From contig NW_027271324.1 of the NCBI RefSeq assembly GCF_040938485.1, positions 868,001-932,000 of the forward strand: 64,000 nt of DNA. The letters run 5' to 3'. Both the position numbers and the translations under genes were made by a program. Under the pieces are notes generated by a model. That model did not search any database, was not told where the DNA came from, and saw nothing but the letters and a program-made list of their open reading frames with translations. Positions 25,364 through 36,800 of this stretch are shown here, in pieces. Position 1 is the stretch's first letter. Each line of letters begins with the position of its first letter. Source of the stretch: Diadema antillarum. Taxonomy: Eukaryota.

Positions 25364-26373
25364 GTAAGTCAAATCTGCGGTTATTTTTTCCCCGTTCATT
25401 TGATCCTTTCGGGATCATTCATAGAAACATTATTCATTTTCATTAAAAAGATTTAAAAACTTGCTCATCAGCTTCATAATGACTTGGAAATGAGCATAGG
25501 AAATCTAACACTGTAAAAGATGCATCCCCAAAAAGGGGTGACTCCGTACAGAGAACAATCATATTTTGGTCATTGTGAGTACTCAGTGAAAAGGAGTTTT
25601 CAAGTGAAGATGGATATACTGAGAACGAAAAGTCGTCGTTGAAACTGACGTTCTTCCTTTACTTTTGTTTCTTTGTTTCCTTGTTTATTAAATTTCAGAT
25701 CTGACATCTCCCCTTAATTTCCATTGAAAACTGTTTGTGTGAGAGAAATTGCCCCTGTGATTTGCAATGGCTAGGTCTCCAACTCTGTGTATCTTTTTCT
25801 TTTTCAGATAACGCATGGATCACCATTAAACGATAATCATCTTTAATTTTTGATCACCAATTATCGATATAGACGTGTCAGCTTCTGTTTGGTTGATAGC
25901 TGAACACTTTGATTAAAGTAATGACAGTTAAAATTCAATGGACATTTCAATTACGTTTCTCTCTGTATAAGAATAATAATAGTCAGTTCTTAGAAACGCA
26001 TAATACCATAAGATAGTCTCTATGCGTGTACAAATTAATGAAACAAAATCTATCACATATTTCTCTAATATACTCCAGGGCATTTGTAAAATAGCTTCTT
26101 GAGATCGTATGATACACTTCGGTATCAAATAAATTATTCGTATAAAAAAGAAGAAAAAACAAAGGAAGTTCCACAGCAATCAGCAATTTGACTTCTGTAT
26201 ATATTTTGCATCAATGTTGTGCAGTCGAATAGTCTGGCCGTGTAAATAAAAGAACATTCCAGACGATTTTCATAATTTCACATCATGTAGTACATAAATC
26301 GACAACTCCATGTATAGATTTGTGGAATTTATTGTGGTTCTTGAGCAGAGAAACAATACTTTGAAAAACCTTC

Positions 26374-26585
26374 AACAAATTACACTGAACAAGGATGATG
26401 ACGTAGGAGGTTCACATATTTCAGAAATGTAGCAGTGTAATTTCATTACAATACCGCTTGCTTGCGAGTTCACCTGTGTATAATCTATGCATGCCTTCTT
26501 CTTTTGTTCTGTTTCCTTGAGCCCCAACTCATGCATTCTTATGGTGACTCTGCCATGTCATCATCCTTGTTCACTGCAATTTGTT
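26374..26585. repeat. ~30-bp inverted repeat pair (old MITE core) in the GS-like intron
   Basis: AACAAATTACACTGAACAAGGATGATGAC vs GTCATCATCCTTGTTCACTGCAATTTGTT. Confidence 0.55.
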
Positions 26586-26916
26586 CTAAATTTTGAAAAT
26601 ATTCTTATTCTTCATCCCAATTATCACAAATTCTGAAACTCTTTCCTCAGTATAACTAATTTATAGTTGTTCAAATGTAAAAATCTGAAAATCATTCGGA
26701 GGTTTCCTTTAAGAAAACGGCATGAAATTCGATGCCATCCATGTGATGTCGTTGCCCCTGCTGATGCTAATGCTTTCCATGAAATATGCGTTACCATAAT
26801 TATAGCGTGGGAAAGAAGTAATTTGTCAAGGGAGAGATAGTGTGCAAATGTGGATAATTCATTTTTTTTTAACATTACTTTCTTCGTGCTCATTCATGTG
26901 ATTGCTTTAAGCTCAA

Positions 26917-27304
26917 AGGGCTTGTATAGTTTTGGTTGAGACCTAATTTCAGGTTTCTAACTTTTTTTGGTGAGATAATGAGAAACCTCTTATGAAATAT
27001 GAAAGAACATGTAATTCTATGAGGAATTCAACGTTTATTTGATGAAAATTGGTTTTGAAATGGCTGAGATATCAAAAAAAGAGCGATTCTAATAAAGTGT
27101 GGGACACACACTTTATTACGATCGCTTTGTTTTACCTTGTTTTTGGATGTTTCAGTCATTCCAAACCCGATTTTCATCAAATAAACTTTGAATTCCTCTT
27201 AAAATGGTACCGGTATGTTCTGTACTATATCATAAGTGTTTTCTTGGTATGTCGCAAAAAGTTAAAAGCCCAATTCTCATCTCCACCAATACTGTACCAT
27301 CCCT
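26917..27304. mobile_element. Kolobok-type hairpin MITE, 388 bp
   Basis: TCAA|AGGGCTTGTATAGTTTTGGTTGAGA ... TCTCCACCAATACTGTACCATCCCT|TTAA, with a central palindrome AATAAAGTGTG-GGA-CACACACTTTATT. Confidence 0.75.
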
Positions 27305-28231
27305 TTAATGTGTGTCTTTACCTTTCTCTGACCAGAAAGTTGTATCTGTGTGTTTATTCATTTATTTTCTCCTTTTGGTGCTGTCAAGACTTGTCGTGCA
27401 AGTACACTACAAAGCCTTTCACACTATAAACATTCTGTGTGAAATAGAAACATCAACATCAAAAGCATTTTTACGTGGTGATCAAACCTTAATAAAAAAA
27501 AAGATTACTATAACTATCTAACGATTCTTAGGTTGAAGACCCAAATGCTCCAAACTAAATTTGTTTGTTAAACTATTCGAATCATATACTTAATCACACT
27601 ATAGATATATTCTGTTTACAGTAATGCTCTGTGTGGCTTAATCTCTCCGAGAGTGGTTCGTTAATGAAAGTTAAAACGTTGCATTGTGATATCCTTTAGT
27701 ATTTGTTCTTTAACAAGCAAAAGCGGCATGCGTATCATTGTTGTAAAATAATGTTTGTTTTTATTGCATCGTTTTCCCACTTCTTGCTTTAAAAAATGTG
27801 ACTACACGATGGCCGTTCTGGGGTCAGGAAATCGAAGGAATTCTTTATTTTTTTAAAGATTATTTTGCAGGTACAATATATTTTTTTTTTTTTAATTGCA
27901 ACTAACTGACGTGTTCATCAACGCAGTCCAATCCAAGTATGTACGCTTTTATCATGAATACTACTTAAACGCCGAATAACTGGTGTTTAGTTACGTCTAC
28001 GAAGGAAAATTCGTCAATCAGTTGCGATAAAAAAAGAGAGAATAACGCAACGCAAGAATTCGTCAATTTGAACAATGTATTTTGCTGATATAGAAAGAAA
28101 GCTGAAGTGAATTACAGCTCATTTTCAAGGTAGCCAAACGTTGTTTTTACTCATCTCCAGCCGACAGTTAATCAGTTGTGCCAGATATTATCATATTAAT
28201 ATCTTTACATTCTTTTCTATTTGTCGTGCAG

Positions 28232-29602
28232 ATGGCTTGTCTCGATGTAAACCGTGCGGGAGTCAGCTTGGAAGACATAATGAAGGAGATCGACGACAAG
28301 GACGTCGAATTCGTCCGCTTTGAGTTTGGCGATCTACACGGCATTGCTAGGTCAAAGATCGTACCCGCTCGTCACTTCCGGGACAAAGCAACTCGAGGCA
28401 TCGGAATACCCATTGCTCACATGGGCCTTGATAGCAAAGGTATTCCAGTCCCCGACGCCATGTATATCTCTGACGGCAAGTATTCGGACGCCTTGTGGCT
28501 ACCCGACTTGTCAACCTTTCGCTTACTGCCATGGTGTGATAATACGGCCAGGGTCATCATTGAGCCAGTCTTGGATGGAAAGCCGGTGGGTCTGTTTCCT
28601 AGAACTCTAGCCAGGAACCAAGTGAAGAGACTGTACAACATGGGGCTGTCCCTTTTGACCGCGCACGAACACGAATTTTATGTCGTGAATCGTCAGACCG
28701 GACAGCCTTTGACGCAGGACTTCAACCTTCGCGCCACCGTGCGGAACTACACCGACCCCCTTCTCATTAGTTCCCTGATGCGGGCCCTGCCTGCCGTGGG
28801 CGTTGACTCTGAAATGATAGACACGGAAAAGAGTCCCGGCCAAGTCGAGATCACATACAAGCCAAGATTTGGCATAGAGGCCGGAGATGTTGCACATACG
28901 TACAAAACAACCATCAAGGAGGTTGCCATGCAAAGGGGATACGTAGCGAGCTTCATGAGCAAACCGTGGCCGGAGCTGAACGGGAGCTCTGCTCACATTT
29001 GTCACTCGTTGTGGGATGCTAATCGGCAGACCCCCTTGCTATATGATGCCAACCATCCCACCGGTATATCAAAGACCGGACGCCATTGGATAGCTGGATT
29101 GCTAGCCCATGCTCCAGCCCTTAGCGTTATCATGGCTCCAACAGTCAACTGCCTGAAAAGGTTCCAAGCAAACTCATTTGCGCCTTACAATGCCACGTGG
29201 GGAATTGATAATCGTACGTGCGCCATTCGCGCCAAAGTTTGTGGCCCTGACACCTACCTCGAGAACAGAATGGGAGCCAGCGGAAGCAACCCCTACCTCA
29301 CCATCGCAGCGACGATCGCTGCCGGTATCGACGGCATCCAACGCGAACTAGTCCCACCAGAACCTGTGGTCAACAACGCATATCTGGACGGCAACGTCCC
29401 CGGTGACACCGCCATCCTGCCGTCAACTATGGACGCTGCTTTAGAGGCTCTTGCCCAAGATGACGTCATGAGGGCAGCGCTCGGCGAAGAGTTCGTTCGG
29501 GAGTTCACCGTACTCAAGATGCATGAGATGAAGGAATACTCGAAGGCACACCTCAAGCAAGACCCTAAATGGGAATACAAAATGTACTTTGAATACATTT
29601 AG
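28232..29602 (+). CDS. LGSN-like: Lengsin-like class I glutamine synthetase family protein (456 aa), single main coding exon
   Basis: Acceptor TCTTTTCTATTTGTCGTGCAG|ATG. Motifs FVRFEFGDLHGIARSK (lengsin-type N-terminus), EHEF, TEKSPGQVEI, NGSSAH, LKRF, WGIDNRTCAIR, LENR, NPYL..AA.IAAG.DG and ALGEEF. Confidence 0.92.
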   Translation: MACLDVNRAGVSLEDIMKEIDDKDVEFVRFEFGDLHGIARSKIVPARHFRDKATRGIGIPIAHMGLDSKGIPVPDAMYISDGKYSDALWLPDLSTFRLLPWCDNTARVIIEPVLDGKPVGLFPRTLARNQVKRLYNMGLSLLTAHEHEFYVVNRQTGQPLTQDFNLRATVRNYTDPLLISSLMRALPAVGVDSEMIDTEKSPGQVEITYKPRFGIEAGDVAHTYKTTIKEVAMQRGYVASFMSKPWPELNGSSAHICHSLWDANRQTPLLYDANHPTGISKTGRHWIAGLLAHAPALSVIMAPTVNCLKRFQANSFAPYNATWGIDNRTCAIRAKVCGPDTYLENRMGASGSNPYLTIAATIAAGIDGIQRELVPPEPVVNNAYLDGNVPGDTAILPSTMDAALEALAQDDVMRAALGEEFVREFTVLKMHEMKEYSKAHLKQDPKWEYKMYFEYI

Positions 29603-32436
29603 TCAACGGGTCCATTTTCGATGTCACTTTGATGTGTATATGGACAATAGATTATCTTATTTGGACACCATTTTCATGTGAACACTTTAATTACAAATCT
29701 ACATAATTCTAATGGTCCTTGCTTCTTCTTTTTTTGCACTGTAGAAAATATTTTTCCGTGAAAAAAACAAAACAAAGAAAATCCGTGGACAGGAGGCAGT
29801 CAGCTTCCTGCACACACACACACACAATAAAGGTGGACGCAGCGCAAAACAGAAATGTTCCATAATTTCGAAAAAAATGAAAATATTTGTTTATTCGCTC
29901 TTTTATCATTCTCTGCACTGGAGAATAATCAGCATATGTTGGCATCTCAGTATCTTCCATTTAGTTCTTATTTCGCATCAGTCCTGAAAAAAAAAAGTAC
30001 AAAAAAAATTCATCATCCCGTTTACAATGCTTGACCGGGAACAGCGGAAAATGTTCAGTCAAGATACTGTAGTAGATCTATGCTCTCTATTCAAGGTGTG
30101 TATGATTTCATGGACAAAATGTATATACAAGACGAGCATTAACATATCGTTCCAAGAAAAACAAAAATCTAGATTCACTTTCAATATTACTGCGAAAATT
30201 AGAAAAAAAAAACACAAGGGCAACAAAGAGTTAATCCAAAATTCAACTTAAAAGAGAATATTGCTTATCATTTACTCCACCGTGTTAAATTTATATCAAA
30301 CTTACCAAAAACTTTTAGGCGAAAAGGAGATGAATAGGCGGGAGTCTATAACTATGTCAGGGGATAAATGCAGACGTATGGTATTGACGACGACATAAGT
30401 ATATTTTTTCAATGTTTGTTTACATCATCCGGAGGTGTAAGCAAGCATTATACAATACTAAATCTGTTACTGTTCGTCACTTGATGTGAAAAATCATGCC
30501 ATATATTGAATACCTATTCCTAGTGGTAACAAGATTCCCAGCCCCACACCACCTATTTATACTGAAAGGATGCTTTTTATCCGTAGAGAAATGAAATGAA
30601 ATGTAATGCTATGTAACGTAATGTGATTAGAGGTAATATCACATTTATAGATGGGTAGCAAAAATGTAAAAATCGTACGGTATGATGTTAAACTTAGTAT
30701 TTCATCTTTGCAAGTTTTTATTCCTTGATTTTCACTTTCCATTATATGAACACACAAAAACATGTCCAATAAACTATTGTAAACATGGGACTTTAATCAG
30801 CATTTCCAATAATATGTATTTTCCCGAAAGAACAAAACATGTAAACCCCCACATATCTCCTTAATTATTGGTGCTCAAACACTGTATAGCAGTATTTCTG
30901 GTACTCAGTAGATGCATGATTAATAAAACGAACGAGAGTGGTCCTAATCAAAAGCTGAAAACATTTTCCAAAGCAATTAGAACAATTAAACGGTTTTATT
31001 ACTTCCTTTTGAATCGAAATAGTTTCCTTGAAATTTCTGAAATCTGTTTCAATCATTCCTTAACTATTTTGGCAAAAAAAAACAACAGTCGGCATGTTTT
31101 TGTCTGAAACCTTCCAATTTGATCAGATGAAGGGATTTTAACGTCGGATATCAAAGAAAATGTATCATTTTGCTTCAGTCACTGTTCTTGTTCTCATTCT
31201 TTCGTCTTACCTGACCCTTTTCTGTCCTGTTCTTGTAAGTTCCTATATTAATTTCTTTCGTTCTTCCTTCTTGTATTGACAAGGTTCTTTTTTTTTCTTG
31301 ATGATGACATAAAATGTTTTAAATTCTTCAGATTTTGGTGTTTGTAACGCTGGTGGTAATGATTGTTGTTATTTACTCATTATAATTGTGTCTTACGCTT
31401 TGTAAAATTCGAAACAAACTTGTCACAATATAGATAGTAGAGAAATAAGACGGCAAATAATAAACGTCAGATATCTATAGTTGTTCGTATGTGTTTAACT
31501 CGTTTGGATATCATGGATGCAATCAGTCATTATCACAGTAACGATCACAATATTGTCGCAATTCTGAAGTTTCGAGAGTTGCATTTGAAACACTACCTCG
31601 TTCATTTGACGGAAACAAATACCATGACAACCATATGAGAATAATTCTGAATAAATTACAAGTGAGTGGTATTATATATCACCAGTTTTGCAAGCGCGAT
31701 GTGCACCACAAAATGGAACAGCAATGAAAGTACGAAGACAGAGCAAAGAGTGACGATGAAAGAGGGACGAAAGAATACATATGTCGAGTTATTTAGTAGG
31801 TCTGCGCTGCGCTGTGTTTAACGAGTAGGCCTAATGTAGTTAATGATTTCCAATTCAGATTAACAGGATTGCGCTCTTCTTTAATCTAAAGAGAATATTT
31901 TTTTCCGTTCTAAATAAATATACATGAAATCAATATATATATCACATTGAATTCTGATGATAGAAAATATAAAAATAATAAAACCACATCGGTCTGTGAC
32001 TGCCATCTAAGATGAAGAGTTATGTTTGAAGTACTGACAATCAAATAAGAATGTTGTGCCCACAGTCCTCTAAGTGTGTGTTTTAAAACGTTATATGGGA
32101 TAGGTCAAATGTGTTCTGCTGATATATGTGCTTTCTGCTCAACATCCCATGTAAATAAGTGATTTGTTCTTTGCTCTTCACTTAGCACCAGAATATATTA
32201 CTATCGATATGAACATTTTGGTTTCGACCGGGCAGAGACAATGCTTCATTTTGCACAAGGAGGTTGTCTTTCAAAGTTCATTCATATCATTTATTTGCTA
32301 TTTCCTGCATACTTTCTTAAAACACACAAAGAGAAAATATTAAAAACAAAGCTCAAGGAATCACCAACAGAAGATACTCAAAATACCAACTCTTGGAGGG
32401 GTGCGAACAGCACGTCTTGGGAACGGAGCGTCTTAC

Positions 32437-32521
32437 CATCACCTGTGCGTTTTCGCGCCCTTTTGCGTTTGTCCACCCCATCGAAGTGACGTCTTTCGAG
32501 CAGCTGCACCGTCCTGTCCAT
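32437..32521 (-). CDS. Putative first coding exon of an unidentified minus-strand gene (MDRTVQLLERRHFDGVDKRKRARKRTGD)
   Basis: Acceptor CCTTCGCTTCAG| at 32529, in-frame TAG directly before the ATG, donor GATG|GTAAGA (phase 1), locally GC-rich, basic NLS-like cluster. No downstream partner exon identified. Confidence 0.35.
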
Positions 32522-33035
32522 CTACTGCCTGAAGCGAAGGCGTTCGAATAACACCAGGTTGCTACCGATGTCGGGTCGTGTCAATCGGCAGCTAACCTTA
32601 CACCTCAGTCCTATCCAATCAACAAAGTACGCACCACTTGTCTGCTAATTACGTTGGCCATAATGCCCTTGAATACGTCAGGTTCTTTACTTGGAGTGTT
32701 CGTAGTAAATCAGCAATATAAGATAGTTATGGATAACTAAGTACGTCATGTAAGTAATGTCGTCATAATTTGTCCACTGAGAGTGAGCTTAGCCTAAGAA
32801 TACAAAGAAGTTAACAAACATCGACGTCTTGTATTTTAAAATATGATTCTTATCTCATCACTTTAGATTTTTAAAGTAAAACTTTCTCAGCGCGGGGACA
32901 TTCGCAATACATTTCATAACATCAAGAAATATATATTTTGTTGATGTTGTGTTTATATGTTTTATGAAGACACCTCAAGCTCTCAGAGAAACCCCATAAG
33001 GAAAAAAAAAGAATGATAACTTATCGAAAAATAGA

Positions 33036-33267
33036 NNNNNNNNNNNNNNNNNNNNNNNNNNNNNNNNNNNNNNNNNNNNNNNNNNNNNNNNNNNNNNNNN
33101 NNNNNNNNNNNNNNNNNNNNNNNNNNNNNNNNNNNNNNNNNNNNNNNNNNNNNNNNNNNNNNNNNNNNNNNNNNNNNNNNNNNNNNNNNNNNNNNNNNNN
33201 NNNNNNNNNNNNNNNNNNNNNNNNNNNNNNNNNNNNNNNNNNNNNNNNNNNNNNNNNNNNNNNNNNN
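33036..33267. other. N-run, ~232 nt
   Basis: Run of n. Confidence 0.95.
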
Positions 33268-33708
33268 TGCATAAAACACATCAGTGTATGCACATAATCA
33301 TCAATGAGATATATTAGATAAATAGCGTGACACCAAGGAGATACAGTGAGTGTACGGAGTTGACACTCTCTTTGAAGGGCGTGTTTGAAATCCTTTGCCC
33401 TACTCGCGCGATATTTACATTGCTTCCATTTTTTTAGTCAAAGACAGAACAAATGTATAACCATTAAAGTACACTGCAGATGATTAGAACTTTGGTGCCA
33501 TTTGCCTTTATTTCACAAATTATTTGCGCGGTCATGTTGTTATACAGCATAAAGTTACAATACACTCACTGCCTGAAAAAAATCCAAGTGACATTCATCT
33601 GTACTGCAAGAGCACCGCTACAAGTTATTGTATTGTGATACTAAACAGTTGATAATTTGACCAGTAAGGGCCTTTTGATTTTTTACATCATCGAAAAACG
33701 GTACTTAC

Positions 33709-33889
33709 AACATTAAAATGGGGCACTGGCGTTGTGTTCAGCTTAGAGGATTTTTTTTCAGTCACGGGTTCTTGGGATAACTCAGTCTCTCTACAAATAC
33801 CACGACGTCATCAACTGCTGTTCCATTTACTTTATAGATGAAAGATAAAATCCGTCTGGCGCCTTGCACAACCCACACTGACAGGGTGT
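33709..33889 (-). other. Putative non-coding (5'UTR) exon
   Basis: Acceptor TTTTCCCGCAG| and donor GTT|GTAAGT. All three frames contain stops. Confidence 0.3.
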
Positions 33890-36800
33890 CTGCGGGAAAA
33901 TATTCATAAATAATGGCATCTTCAAACAAACTCAAACATAATAATATCTGTTCTGGATATGACTGCGTATATGCTTCAGTTAAGTCGTTAATACGGCTTT
34001 CCATGAATCGCCTCATTAAAAAAAATAATTATCATTATTATGGTGCTTTTTTTCTAACGGGATCCTCAGGTCATTTGCTAGTTTGCGTTGCTAAGTCAAC
34101 GCCACAAGTCAAACAACATGACAACGAATTTCCTGGGATGCAATCATTATGGTTTCCACAGATGATCACGAGAAAGTACTTTCCCTGTTTTCTAATTAAT
34201 GATGACAGTATTGTCGAAGATGGATATTAAACAACAAGCAGCCACCCGATGGAATCCCCAGACATACAATATATGAGAACCACTAGAATTGCTCTCGCTT
34301 TCTCTCATGAAAGAAAACCACATCCGAGCTCTGGATATGAGGGAGATGGCGCTTCGTAAAATGTCAGCTAAATTCGGAAGAATATAGTTTATACCGCATG
34401 TCAATCATCTCTTCCCGTAGACCCACGCACGGATTGTCGTGTCCATCAATATTCATCTTGTATGCCATGCAGTTTCATCATAAGGACAGTTTCTTTGACC
34501 ACACAATCGTGGGAGTAGTTAATTGTGATGTACAAGTGACAAGCGCTGCGACTCTCTATTTCGCAAATTTTACTATATTCTGTTCTCAAAACCTACAAGT
34601 AGTCTCTGCCGGAATATGATTACGGTACTTCTGTCAAATTGCCCGTGTACATACATTGAACTAGTTACTTTTCTTTACAGCTCAAACTTGTAGACCGTGT
34701 TTTCGTGGATGTATGCATAATGCTATGAATAAGCAAATACTCCCATGTGTAACCTTGTTGTTGTTGTTGTTGTTATCTTCCTTTTTTTTGGGGGGGGAAC
34801 AAAGTATCATGAACCAAATATTACAAAGTCTAAATGATAACCTGCTAAATGTTTCCCTCACTTTTTAGAATCATAAAACACTTTAGGAAAGACAATTATT
34901 GTCACCTGATAATTCCTTGATAGCTCTCTCTTAGCAAGTATCTGGCAGGGGATTTCTGTATGCCTATATCATATTCATATATAGGGCCTATATAAACACA
35001 TTGTATTGGTACCATGCGTAAATGTATGTGTAAATGGAAATGAAATAAATGAAATGAAGTGAGTGAAATGATATGTTAAGTGACTGATTTACTACCGATT
35101 ATGATACATTTTATGTTATTGTATATCATCTTTTGATGTTCATCTGATTTTGTGGGGGTTTTTTTTGTTCTTGGGTTAAACTGAAAAATAAATAAAAATG
35201 ATCAATAACAAGATATACCAACAATATCACACATGATATCTCTGTATAATGCGTAAAAAAGTTCAGAATCTTTATACTGTCTTCTCCCTCTCTCTCTGGC
35301 TCCGTAGCTCTTTTCTGTTGGCCGGGGAGAGATTGTGCGTGAGCAGTTACAGGTATTTTTACGCGACTCTTTAAGCCGTTTTCTGCCGTCAATTACTAAT
35401 GACATCACCACAGTCTGTTCATTGATTCTCGGGCTTTTTGTCTACAAAGCCGCGTTTGAATAAAATAGGACAGTCCACTCTTACCCCTTTCCTGCCTCTT
35501 TCGCAGGTGCGGTGCGCTGTTCAAAGGGCTGCGAGCCCTCTCCAGCGTGTGTATGTGTAGTTAGTGTGTATGTGCATAATGTGTATGGTGCATTCGTGTG
35601 CGTGTATACAGCATTTGGAATGCATGACACTTACAGTAACTCCTGTTAAGTTTCGACGTTATGAGGGGCTAACTGTTGCTCTTGAGCGTCCGATCCTGTG
35701 GTGTTTGTCGCTGAATGGACGTGACCAAACATCGTGGAAATGACTGAGTGAGTGTGAAACTCGTATTTTAGACCTATAAATCTCCTGATGACCACATCCA
35801 AAAGATAAGTTAGTTGAAAGTGATCCCTGCTTGCAGTGTGGTAGTACGATTATGATACTGTACACACCTTCCGGACGTTTGCTGTAGTGCATTTGGGAAT
35901 ATAAACCCCTGCTGTGGCAATATTTGTGATTGTTTTCATGCAGAATTATCATGTAAGAGTCACGTTATCAGGTATTCCCAGTTACTCATTTGTGACAATT
36001 TGCAGCTATCCAATGTATTATACATGCATTAAGTCTCTCTACATGGACCCTTTGCTATAATAGTCACCCATTCCATTCAGGACGTGCGGGGCTGTTCACC
36101 ATGTTTGCATTCGCTTTGCACCCGGAAGTGTGCAGCACACTTTACCCGCACAACGGCGGTATGCCTGTATCCGCTCCGTGTCCTACGGGGAAGAAATGGG
36201 CCGTGAAGGGTCAGATATAATTCAATTCCACGCCTGCTTTCATCATCACGTTAAAAGTGAATGATAATGGATTTCTAACATGCATTTCATCCAAAATTAA
36301 CACTTCCGCGTCATCTCGGCAGTCTCGTCAGATTTCAGTTAAGGGGTTTGGTGTCTACAATGCTGTATACGGAGGCGGACAGTACGCCTACGTGTATCTT
36401 AATACTAATTGTAGGAGTGGACAATGCCGGCAGTGAACATACTTGTAATCATCAATGTTTCCCTTTGTTTTGTACGTGGGAAAACATTAAAAATAACTCA
36501 GTTGCCGTGACCTTCCACTGTCTGCCTTTGCAAAATGATTTGAGAATGATCTTTGTGATAGAAAAATTTAAAATCTAAGACAACTCAGTGTCATAATCGA
36601 CCACTGCACGGACACAAAAGTCATCCGGCATTGACAAAAAAAAATATACACTTGGGTCTCACGTAAGTACACGTAGGGACAAAGTTTACTTTTCTCCCAT
36701 GCCCTCACAGACGCATTTCATGATCACCGCCAGTACATTCACAGCATTTCATATTCAAACAAATTGAGAGTAGGCCTACCACTCACGTATTGTGACATGC

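Noticed and set aside
28320-29598. Antisense and alternate-frame ORFs overlapping the GS-like gene (likewise over the ASB, NLR and MCT genes)
   Set aside because: These are shadow ORFs arising from codon bias in real CDSs and have no domains.
28178-29602. GS-like ORF as bacterial contamination, and the 474-aa ORF start at 28178
   Set aside because: It is embedded in continuous eukaryotic sequence with a consensus acceptor at 28231. The first 18 aa of the ORF are intronic polypyrimidine tract.
33762-34016. 84-aa minus ORF with EDAIIYEYFPADTLSVWVV, loosely like the motif preceding CHAT protease domains
   Set aside because: The motif straddles a predicted splice acceptor, the frame stops soon after, and no CHAT His/Cys motifs are found nearby.
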